Of a stretch of DNA of 64,000 nt, positions 1-11,563 are shown piece after piece. The stretch is from contig OZ260667.1 in assembly GCA_965285935.1 (NCBI GenBank), forward strand, positions 28,830,001 through 28,894,000. The letters are read 5' to 3'. The notes below the pieces were generated by a model. The model ran no database searches, was not told where the DNA came from, and was given only the letters and a program-made list of their open reading frames with translations. The number at the start of each line of letters is the position of its first letter. Position 1 is the stretch's first letter. Origin of the DNA: Ophelia neglecta (taxonomy: Eukaryota). The position numbers were made by a program, and so were the translations under genes.

Positions 1-811
1 CTGGAATGGTGCCCTATTTACCACTTTGAATATAATTTGTTTGCCTGCCAGATGTGTCCGGCAGTAACAATTCACAGCCATCGTTGTGGATAAACACATT
101 TGCGCCGATGCAGGGTATACATATCAGATGAATTTATACTGCCGTAATGTGTACCAATTCACACCAAACTAACCTTCAGGCTGTACAGCATAAGTTTCTC
201 TTGATAATAACAATACACTTGAAATTAAGACAAAGCGAAACTTAGAATAAATGATAATGGAAAACACTTGAGCATTGATGTTTAAAATGATAGATAACAA
301 TACTGTCTCGAGGTTGAATGGCAGTAAGCTCCCTTGCGTATTTATATCAGTATGGATCTGCATGGATGTCAAAAATAAACGCATTGCTTGTGGAATATAA
401 CCTCTTAGCCCGTCCGTGATGGGACTTGGAACTCTCATCTTTGGCAGCTAGTGTTTTCAAAGGATTATTACTCTGTGCTAACAGGTTCATTAATGGTTTT
501 GACTGTAATTGTCCGTTTGTTCCGTGGCCTTTGTCGCTAAATGCCGTCCGGGCCTGGAGGGAGCGACCTCACGGGGTGTGGTCTGGTACTTGTTAAACAC
601 CTTGACAGGAGTTCGGCCTCCAGGGGCTGAGTAGTTGAGCCCAGGAGTGGCACACAGAATTGTCCAACGCAGACAAAGCCTCTTTACCTCTAATGCAGTG
701 TACTGCAGCCAAATTTAGGTGAAGTAGTAACCCGACACCGTTGGGCTATCAAATCTATAATATCAGCTATCTACGCTCTCTGCCGCTAGCCACTATACAT
801 CCTACAGCAAG

Positions 812-1239
812 ATGGCGCGCGACAAAGACCGCGCGGATGTGAGCTTCAGGATTCAGTTGGAGGACTGCAGCCAGGAAGAGGCAGAGCGGGTGCCCCTCAA
901 CGCACCCGACCCGCCTGTCTCATCCGGGGGCTCGCTGCCCACCACCCCCCGCAAGCCTAGACCGCTCAAAGTCGAGTTTATCGGGATGGACAATCTGGAT
1001 ATCGAAAAAAACGATTCGGGAACTCGTAAAGCGGTGGAGAATGACTTGAAACGGGTTAACCGGAAAGGAGCAGGGGCTCAAAGCGTCCGATATCACCAGC
1101 CTAGGATGTCCCTTCTTGGCAAACCGCTCAACTATAGGGCACATAAACGGGATGCCAGGTACCGGCGTACACAGGCGAAAATCTACAACTTTCTGGAAAG
1201 GCCGAAGGATTGGCGGGCCATTTCCTATCATTTACTAGT
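812..1239 (+). CDS. KCNQ: First coding exon of a KCNQ (Kv7) voltage-gated K+ channel, KCNQ2-5/KCNQ5-like; cytoplasmic N-terminus up to the start of S1
   Basis: Translation ends RMSLLGKPLNY...RDARYRRTQAKIYNFLERPKDWRAISYHLLV, matching the pre-S1 KCNQ signature (RMSLLGKPL...YRRxQxxxYNxLERPxGW...YH) as recalled for KCNQ5 and Drosophila KCNQ. Strong Kozak context (AAG ATG G). GC-rich relative to flanks. The ORF stop TGA (1241-1243) lies inside the donor site, so it is not a real stop. Confidence 0.95.
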
Positions 1240-1245
1240 GTGAGT
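1238..1245 (+). other. 5' splice donor GT|GTGAGT (phase 2, splitting the Val codon)
   Basis: cta GT|gtgagt gives a consensus GTRAGT donor at 1240. Same position and phase as the exon 1/intron 1 boundary I recall for vertebrate KCNQ2 (within the V of YHAYV). Confidence 0.88.
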
Positions 1246-4200
1246 AGAGCCAGCTTGTTTATACATCATGTTTATCAGCGATACTTGTTCAGCTTCAGTA
1301 AGTCTATAAGACCGGTCCACATTTCCCTTGTCGACATCAGACCAGATTGCCTGACACGGAAGCGTTCATGCACTTTATATCTCCGTCAGTTAAGTTTCCT
1401 TTGGAAGTTAGTAGAAGAGCGCTCCCTGACAAGCCTAGCCTTCACCCTCATTCTATGCTCTAAGTTGTGATGTGATAATTTCTAGGTCAAACCCGACAAA
1501 TTACCCTGTCCAATTATCCCTCCCCTGTTTGAAAAGCCGCCTGCAGAGGGGAATATCTTCAACACCTCCTTCCTAAAAGAGGATCTATTTTTGGGTTTAG
1601 GATGTGTGCCTCAGTCGGTTAATAACATCTCTTGGCGCTTTTCCGACTTAGGTTGATGGCACCATTCACGTGTCTTTAGAGAGTTTTTATGGAGGCGGCC
1701 GACAGCGGTATCAGCTTACAATTTAACAAACTCAAAACCAGACATTCCAAGACCAATTCACCAGGTTGCAATATCCGGTGTATAGGAACTTACAGAAAAT
1801 TATACCTTTTGAAATAGCTTTATTGACATCTTATATTACCAAATCAAGCGCTACTCGATTGCGCCAGAAAAAGAAGTAATTTCTGCCCATTGATTTCCAA
1901 TAATAATTACCAGATATTGGCATATGTATTGAGGAAATGTCGGCGACAATTATTACGGCTTCTTTTCTAATCAGACGCGTTAGCGATTTCGTGCAGAACA
2001 ACTGGACGGTGCTTGTTATACCCATTTGGGTAATATAGTTAAAACGTCTAATTCCAATAGATGGATATGGATTTGGTGCCCGACGTTTCTGTGCTATAGC
2101 CTATAAGTATTATATAGCCAAAGTTGGTATGCTGATTTAATATTCCTCCAACCTGGTATTAAACCGGTTAGTATCTAAGCTGGTAGTGTTTTATATGGTA
2201 TTTACCGACTAGGGCTGTCGCGTCATCATTCTCCCCGATGTTCCATCTCAATGCGTGCCTCTGTCCCCGGGAGGACGAGCACATAAACCTATCAGCCTTT
2301 CAACATGGCCAGCTCTGCCTGCATACTTTACGGCTGTTGCTCTGGTATTTAGGTGTTTCTTTTGCCATTGCCGAATTGCTTTTGTATACTCAATGTCGGG
2401 CTTGGAATTTTGCCACGAATGTCAGAGTACGATTGCAGAATCTGCAGGACTATAATTATGACTATTTCTAATAGAATTGGCATTTTTGACGACAATAACA
2501 ACATATTAAATGACTATGTTATTACTCAGAGCTAAAGGGGGATATTGGCGCGGCCTGCATTCTTCTGTTGTCTGTCTACACGCACGAGACTCGATTAAAC
2601 GCTCGTTCATTGATCAGCTCATTATCACTGGTGACATTTCTGAAAAGACCAGCAGTGCCTGATGGCCCTTTGAGAATCGCGCCCCTTGGCCAGATGATCA
2701 GTATAGGGCATAAAACTAATTCTCGCATCAATCAAGCTCCCCCCTCTTCTCATCAGAGCTCACCTTCATACTGACTTCTCCAGCCAGTCGCCGCTTTGAT
2801 CTTGTCGGTATCTATATAGCCCGGAACCTGTACCTGTACAGTTCATACTACCAAGACTGCCAGACGACACTAGAAAAGACGGTATTGGGAATCAAGCGCG
2901 ATACTACACATTGTGGCTCTTGCTTTCGCCTCCAGCTAGTCAAAACCTATTCCAGTCAGGCGTCAATGTTGCAGCTTGTTATCGCTGATAAGTTAGGTAC
3001 TATCTATCCTCTTGGCTAATGCCATTATATAAGAAGCTGACAGAAAGCTTAAAGCGTTTGTTAATTATGTGGAAGTTTTACGAAATGGCAATCATATCAG
3101 TTAATGCAGAGGATATTATGGACTTCAAATACGATCCTAATAACATAACACGAAAGTTTACCCTGAGGCGCCGGGGACAGTTATATGAACACTGACGACA
3201 GCCTACCCGCCGTATAATGCCTATTGTCGATCAGATACAACAGTGATGTTCCCCCGAAGGCTACAATGGACACACAAAGGCTTATGTATATACTAAGCTA
3301 AAAAGGAGCCAGGTTTTCCAGTCGATTTACCGTCAAACATTATTCATTAGGGGTTCATCAGACTTGGAGAAGCTGTTCGATCCTCTTTCTTCCACGAATC
3401 AGTCTTAAATCCATTGCGTCATCGATGCAAATGTTAAAGATTTTTACCTCAAGTATTTCAAGAGGGCCAGTGATTGGTGTTGATTAGACCTATTCACTGA
3501 AATGATCAAACCGATGGCTATTGAATAAACCTTCTTACTGCTGCTTACCGCCTCCCTGCTGGCATTAATTGTTGTTAAGGTTGGATTATCGAACCTTTTT
3601 CTGCCTACCTATAAGTTATAATGCTAAAAACGATTGGTGCAAAAACCAACACGCCTGACCTGAATACGATATTCCAGTACCTCATTCGCTCAGTTAACTT
3701 CCTGTTGAGAAAATTTGATATTCATTGACTCTGATTGTGTCGCCAACAAAATGTGCTCGAGTTACCACCCGGCTTCTGATTCAATAGAAGCGTTAAAAAG
3801 TATGATTACTACCTAAATTAATTTCGTTTACCGGTACTTCTCAGGAAAATGTCCCTCAAATTAAACAAGGTGTTGAAAGTTGCTCATGCACAATGCTCGC
3901 TCTCCCAAAATCTTCCGCAATGTTTTTACATACTGACATTACAACTTTTTTTTACAAGCAGGCAATATTGGTCGCCTATGAGCACAGTTTCTATTCAGGT
4001 GGGTTGGCGTAGGCTAACACGTGGCTTATATATTCCCGACAATGAATAGGGTGTCATTTCTTCACCGGAAGTGGCGTTTGTACGCTCCCATGATGCTATC
4101 CGGCCGGTATAAAAGCGCTACCGCGTGAGAAGTACTGCCTCAAGTGGTCTTTCTTGCAATCCTACACGAGGAGATTGCTTTGTCTCACATTTTAGACTGG

Positions 4201-7200
4201 TTCTCCGTCACGTAATTCCTTTGCTTTGTTTCAACATCACAATCTGCCCAACGGAATAGTAGAGGCCGTACAAAACGGCACTTCGAACGTCAGTTACCCA
4301 AGCAAAAAGTGCATTGACTGTCTAGTAGAGTCTGATTACAATGCATTAGCTTCCCCATCGAAGTTGACAATGCCAAAGACTTGCCAATTCATCACCAGAA
4401 AAATATGTCCCCGATAGCTAGGCACCATCTTAAAGTAAACAATTGAAATGCTTATCAAACTTGGTCTGAAATTAGGTTATAAAAGAGTGAATATTTTCAA
4501 GTGATATTGTTTGAGAGAAATTAATGTAGCGACCCTAAATATATTTTAAGACGCGAATAAATTGAAAAATGACCGTCTTTGGCTGATGCCTGTTACCTAT
4601 TATTAAGGACGATTCGTCTTCAATAACGATTTGTCCACAAGACGTATACTTCCTTTATTTATGGCTAATTTAGGCAGGAATGATCTCGATTACAATGCTT
4701 ATAATTAGCCTTTCTACCGGACATTCCGCCCGTAGCCTGGACTCACTGATTGACTACTAGCCAATGCCGAGTCCGTTTAGTCCTACAACAATTTCACGAA
4801 GTACCGAGAGCGAAATGCCCCTGGCCTGTAAACGTTTTGATCAAATTACTGATATTAGAGCCATTATTCAAAAAATACATTGTGGTGTGACTGGAAATAT
4901 ATATTAAACAGTTCAATTCCCATTATTATTGCTAAATTCTACAGTTAATATACATTTGGTAGGCTGTTTGTATACAAAAATGAATATCCAGGTGTTTGAG
5001 AGTCTATAAAATAAAGCGTTCACCATTTTTTTCACCTTGTGTTTACATGTATACTGTCCGTCACAGAGGTGAATTATGTAAAATCAAACTATCCTGTCGT
5101 CCAAAAAAAGTGAGAATATGAGTAAATTTAGTCTGGAGTCTTACACGTCATGTTCGGGTGTTCTATGGAATTTCCGGGATTTTGGTCGGACAGACTTCTT
5201 GGGCTTATTCCGGTAAACTACCGCCGTCTCAGGGGCTAAAGTTGACCAACTGTATAACTGTAACTGCCTTTGTTTGAGACGAGCTCGTATGTTGTTGACA
5301 AGTGGGATGGACAAGTCCAGCCCAGCAGATGACTATAAGCTCCATTTAAAGTTTTCGTTCCTCTTTTTGTAGATGAACACAAGACTGATAGACTATAAAC
5401 GGTGAAATAAAGCAGTAACGAGCAAATAAATCATATTACACCACTCTTAGAGAGTAGCTTGTCGAGTACAATGAGGCGGATGCCAGGGTTTTTCTTGGGG
5501 TAGGGTGGGGTTAGGGGTTGATGAATGTGTGTGTGTGATAACTGATCCTTGATCTTGGAAGAACACAATAACAGTTGGCTTAATAACAATATAAAATAGA
5601 AATAGATTGATATTTACTCCTTTAGCAAGCCCATTCCCTAAGTTCAGTAGCCTTGTAATTATTATAATTACAGTGTATGCATATGGCTATGCATAAATGT
5701 ACTCAAAACCAGACTCTAGTGATTTTGCTATGGTCTTATAAAATTCACAGCCTGCCGACAAACGTAAGCCACAATTTTTTCCTTTGGTGCAGAGACAGAC
5801 GCTCAGGCGCCAGAAAGTAAAGGCGATACTGAGCCTCAAAGTGGCCCAAGGCCCCAAGTCCTCCCAAATGGCATTACCGGAGGCAACGCTTTCCATAGGC
5901 CCTCTATCATTACTGACAAACTAGCACCCTTTGTTGCTAGAAAGCTAGGATTATAATTTTGCACCAACACATATTTCAACATTGTAACCAGCAACCATTG
6001 CACGTCAACTATAATTTTCAGTCTTATATGTGCGCCATTTTCTAGTCTTGACTCACAGACAAGCTCTGCTCAGGCACGAGATGTAGTCTTTAAGATCCCA
6101 TTAAAAACATTCGGACACTTTTATATATCTCTGCAGAGACAAGAGATGTTGACACCCGACGGCCGAGCCATCCTTTAAATGACTTATATGTGTATCAGCT
6201 TTAAGATTCACCATGGTTGTTGTGAGAATAGTCTTTATTTGACACTTTTTTTTTTCATCGGAAGTAGCAATTTGGAAACAGCGGAAGTAGCAGTTTGGTT
6301 ACGGGAATGCTTTGTCAACTGGTAAAAATTGAGATTCATAATGAAATATATGTCTTCCATAACTATGGACTATAAAAGCTTTCTTCCAAATAGAAAGCTG
6401 AAGTAATAAATAGCACGCACATAAATGTTACTAAGCAAATCGTTGTCTCAATAACAATTGTCTTTGTGCTTCACGTTGATTATAATTAGTTTTCCTGCGC
6501 AAAGATTCATCAAATATGTTGTTTGACCATCGTTATACCCAAAATGACGAGGTTCTGCGTTACCAGAAACAACACATATATAGTGTATAAGATATCAAAT
6601 TACTCCCATATTGCGTGAAGATGTCACCTAGATATTTGCACATTGTAATGTCATAGGTCAGCTTCAATATTCCATAACAATTGACATACATAGACGTTTT
6701 ATTCATAATGCTGCCATGCTTACATGTGTATTATGTATAATTTATTACTGTCTGAATATGTGATACTCTAGTTGTCAAGGAACAACTTCACCTATTTGTG
6801 GTAGTAGTCAATAACGAAGGATGAGCAGCCGGTCAGAACCCACGCCTTTATTCTCTGTCTAACAAGCACAAACTTTTATTAGAATGGCGTCTTTCCGAGG
6901 CACTCGACGCTTGGCAATAATGGAGGTCCTCGCCAACTATGGTCTTTGTTTATAGCATCACATTCATTATTTCTATACCTATATAAGATAATCAACTCCC
7001 TATGATGAAGTCTATAGAGTGGACTTAATGAGACTATGTTACATTATAGAATGCTGCTAGAACACCTGATTAATTGCTATGCTAGCTTGCGAAGACTTAC
7101 AAAAACTGGAAATGGTTGACAAAAGTCCGTTTAGCAAATCTTGCTATCGAATATTGTAACCATATGAATGCCTGTACATGAAATTGGTCACAATACTTTC

Positions 7201-9753
7201 CAGTATCTGCAAATATAGGTTGCATTGAAAATTTATTACAAAACGGTATTATAATAGGGTAACGTCCAAAGGGTATGGCTAACCAGGGCTGTAAAGTCGT
7301 CTAACATCATATGCGGTGCGATGGCAGTTCGCAGTTGAGAATGATAACATTCGATGATCTTCAAATATCAATACCTATCTAACTTGTTAGTACTTGTATA
7401 CGTACATTCTTTTCGACTGAACAATCTTTAAAATTTATTCCGTTGATTAAATTCCTCTTGAGAGAGACTGGCGCTGCCCCCACCCCCCACCCCATTTTTC
7501 ATTTAATGGTTCTTGCAGTTTGAGTACACAAGGGTCAGCAAAGTGTATTTCAGACATTTATTCATTTATCACGAAGATATGACGACTGTTGCATGCCGAT
7601 AGTGTTAATACTCAAAAGGCCAAAATAGCACTGCGTCACACACAAAAATCCCACAAAATAGGCCATGTACATGTTAGTAAACTCATCGTAAAAGTACCAG
7701 CTGAACACCCACACTGGAGAGGACCTCTGCTTGTGGCCGCTTGATAGAGAACACGGAAAAGGTCTTGTTATATGACACATGTGTACTACGTTTTAGCCTC
7801 CGGTAATATTTGCCATCTCCTACTGCAGGCTTATTTCCAGAAAACCTTTATATTATGTCTACATATATTAAAGATTATTGCCGCAAACTATACTATCACC
7901 CTACATTGAACATCTCTTACAGATCAGTATAAAATGGGGACGACTTAAACTGATATATTGTTTTTCACATAAAACATCAACTTTAAATCCCCCCCCCTCC
8001 CCCCCCCCCCCGCAAATTATATTATAGATCTCCAACACCACGTGTGTACGTCACCTGCCTCGTAGGGACACATATGCCGCCGCTACTCTTCTCAGAAGCA
8101 CTTAACTTTAAAATTTTCAAAGACTCTCGAGGACCATTAGTGTATAAATGTATGCAGTAGCGTGATAAAAGTTATTCCACGCTCGTCGAACTAAGTAAAC
8201 CTATCTCAAGAGGGAAGACATAAAGAGAATTTCAGTGCATCATCACGGATAAACGCCAATGATAGCTTATAGGTGGGGTATGATTATGCCTAAATAGAAC
8301 GTGGGCAGGCGAGAACACTCTTACTTGCTAGACCGACACGGTATAAATATTTTGAATAATATGTATATTGTGATAAAGGCCTTTATATATAGGCCTATAT
8401 GAACTTTCAAGGTGGAAAAAGATCATAGCTCATTTATTTCATACAACTTGATTTAAGTTTCTAACTTGATTGCGGTTAAATCACAAATAAAATAATCACC
8501 TTTCAACACATAATCAGTTACTAGATCTAACGAAGAGTCTACTATGTCGATTCCTGCAGTGTGTGACGCTGCTTTTTGGCCGCCGCGGACAGGGATGACT
8601 TCTTGACTAGTTTTTTAATTGTATTTACTCATCGCAAACAGTATTCAGTTAAAAAACAAAAGCACAAGATACCAGCAGATAAAATTCGCTTATTTCCATT
8701 TTCGACCTTATCGTTGGTTCATGACGCTGTGGGTAGGTAGACCACACATGTGTACATCTTTGTGCGACCAATCAGTAGGCTTCATATCAAACAATGCTCC
8801 GAGACTGTCATTGAAATATCAATGTAGCCATTTTCTGTCGAAAATACTGAGTAAATGTGAATTATTTATTGCTTCACAGACAGCATACCATGTCCTGATA
8901 ATTGCCCTTTTAACGGCTTGCCGGTCTAAAAAGCGCAACAACCGTATCTTAGCTGAAGCGTCCTCCATCAAATCCGCAATTCCATTATCTCCATGGAAGA
9001 GGCGTGCATGCCAGTCATCTAACTAGGTCATGTGATACAGCTTCCGGTTCAATGAATTGGCAACATACTATCGATTAAGAATAAATGATATTGGTTATCA
9101 GTTAGGATAATTGAGTGCATGGCAATGCATTGGATTTATAATGTGTAAATTTTTGGGACAAAGAATGTATTGTCACAGACGTTCTGAAGCTTGGTTTTGG
9201 CATATATATATGCATTCAATACATATTTTGCGCATCTGTGCGTTTTGTAGAGAATACCAGCAAACACATCCAATTTTAATGATTGCAAATTGCATTGGTG
9301 TACTGTCCATTTGTGTCTTTTCAGGGCTCAATTAAACCTTGGGAGTGCTTCAAAATCTGCATGGGGTATACATTTGCTCTTGCATGGCGTAATGTCTACA
9401 TCGGGCAACCAGCCCTCTAATCAGTGTAAATATATATATTGACTTACCTGGAATAATTTGAGTTGAATGGTGATAATCACAAATATATCACAGCATGTTT
9501 GGTTCGGCGGCTTTCCGCTTGAGTATACATATATAGACACCGATTATGGTTCATCCACTCATTATTGCCATACTTATTGTACTATATTTAGGGGCCATAC
9601 GATTCTAATGACAAGGACAGTAGAGTTATCTTTCCGGATGCGTATTGTTCGTCACTTCTTGTTAAAGCTGATCTTACCAATCTGCAGAGACACCACTTTT
9701 ATGCACACAGGAAACCCATAATTGTATTTCGGTGGTTATCTTTCGTTGACTAC

Positions 9754-9778
9754 GGGGGGGGGGGGGGGGGGGGGGGGG
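9754..9778. repeat. Poly-G homopolymer (~25 nt)
   Basis: Directly visible G run. Confidence 0.95.
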
Positions 9779-11506
9779 CAGGCCTGTAGGTGCTCATTTT
9801 ATATGCTTCAAACTTCAAGATACTCGAGGATGCCACTCTAAATAGAACCAAATGGTTACCGAACTATCTAGAAATGCGACTAAGAAATACCTTAAAGGTT
9901 TACCTGCCTAAGCTTGACAAGGTTGGTCTGCTCGCTGAAACTGTTGACGGTTATATTACATGCATGCCATTAAAAGACAAAATCTTGATGGCATTATAAA
10001 GCCTGTCTTAAAAGTTTTAGCGATTCTCGTAAAGTGGCTACACTACTGTGGGCTTTTTTCTCTATTCGAAAAGAACAAAACATTCAAAGATGACGCGATG
10101 CCCTGACATCAGTGGGAGACTGAAGTCTAGTCGTCTCAGTTTATGTGAAGGCGTGTGGCCTTTAAATTAGCATTCTTTCAGACGCATAGCTACAGAGCAG
10201 TGACTGACGAGTTGAATTTATCACTGTCTGGATGTCACAGTTACAATATTAGATGAAACTGAATTTAGCTCAGTTTACATGAATTATCTATTATATTAAA
10301 TCTCATGCTAATTGAGTTTACCAAAGATAAATAATACCATATGAAATAACATTGAATCTGAAAGAGTGTGGTTGTAAAGATATTTTTTGTGGCAATGCTG
10401 GTTATAATTGCGACCAGTCTTCCTGAAAGGCAATAGGAGTCAATATAATAATATAATACCATACCGTCTCAAGCGTCATTCATCATCTAAGTATAGCTCG
10501 GTCAAAATACCTAACATACCAGACACATATCTAACAAGTCGGTTTCCGAATTTTATGTTATATCTAATTTGGTGATAAGTATATAATTTCAAAAAATACC
10601 CGCTTCATTGTGTTGGCGAAATATTATATCTATCGTCATCTACGCATTTCAAATCGATCAGCGGTTGTACAAAACCAATCGATCATCACATATAATCGAT
10701 TAGTGAATGAAGTAACTGTCAAGATTTTTACTATGTGGCAAGTGTGTACATGAAATTAAAGATACCGAACTAAACGTAAGATAAATAGGATTAATGAAAG
10801 GTTTCAGTTTGTTATGAACTAAGTTATTAAGAGATCAATGACATAAAATTTTCCTAAAAGAATCTATTATTTTGCAATTGCATACTCATAACTCCATATT
10901 GAAGGATACACCATCAAATAATCTTATAATACTGTAGTAACTTTAAATCAACAAACTTTGATTTCGATTACATCGTTTATAGATTTTTTTCATTTAAACC
11001 ATTGGTTAGGTCAAGTCGGTGACCGACTTTCGAGTATACTCGTTCAAGGTGACCTTACGAATATATATGCAATATGGGAATGCATGCATGGGTAACTGAA
11101 AAATAGTTCAAATGAATAAATAGTATTCCAGAAATAATGTTGTTTTCTGCAATCAGTTTCCAGGTGAGTCGCCGAACATCACAGTGCGTCATGTATAATC
11201 GTATCGTACGTAACGATAATCCCAGATGATATGGTTTAATTACCTCCCGAAGTTTAAAGATAATTTAAAAATTGCATAATGTCTATAGGTGCTATGAATG
11301 AACAGTATGCGCATAGGTGTCAACGTTGTATATGGGCATTCTAAGCGTATTTACAGGGTAACTCGGCCTTAATCTGTTTTTAAGACACCGAATTATTTCT
11401 TCTATTGTGGCAACGGGGTTTTGAGATGTTTTCTCTAACCAAAAGTTCCGCTCCATGTCTGAAGGTCGTGTTAGTGTTAACAAATGCTCCAATTTATGGA
11501 CTGGGG

Positions 11507-11510
<4 letters not shown>

Positions 11511-11560
<50 letters not shown>
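11511..11560. repeat. (TA)25 microsatellite
   Basis: Directly visible; explains the YIYIYI ORFs on both strands. Confidence 0.98.

Positions 11561-11563
<3 letters not shown>

Noticed and set aside
920-1231. 103-aa antisense ORF
   Set aside because: Shadow of the GC-rich KCNQ exon; no recognisable motifs.
812-1243. Complete 143-aa single-exon protein
   Set aside because: The stop lies within the GTGAGT donor and the peptide ends exactly where KCNQ S1 begins; it is an exon, not a whole gene.
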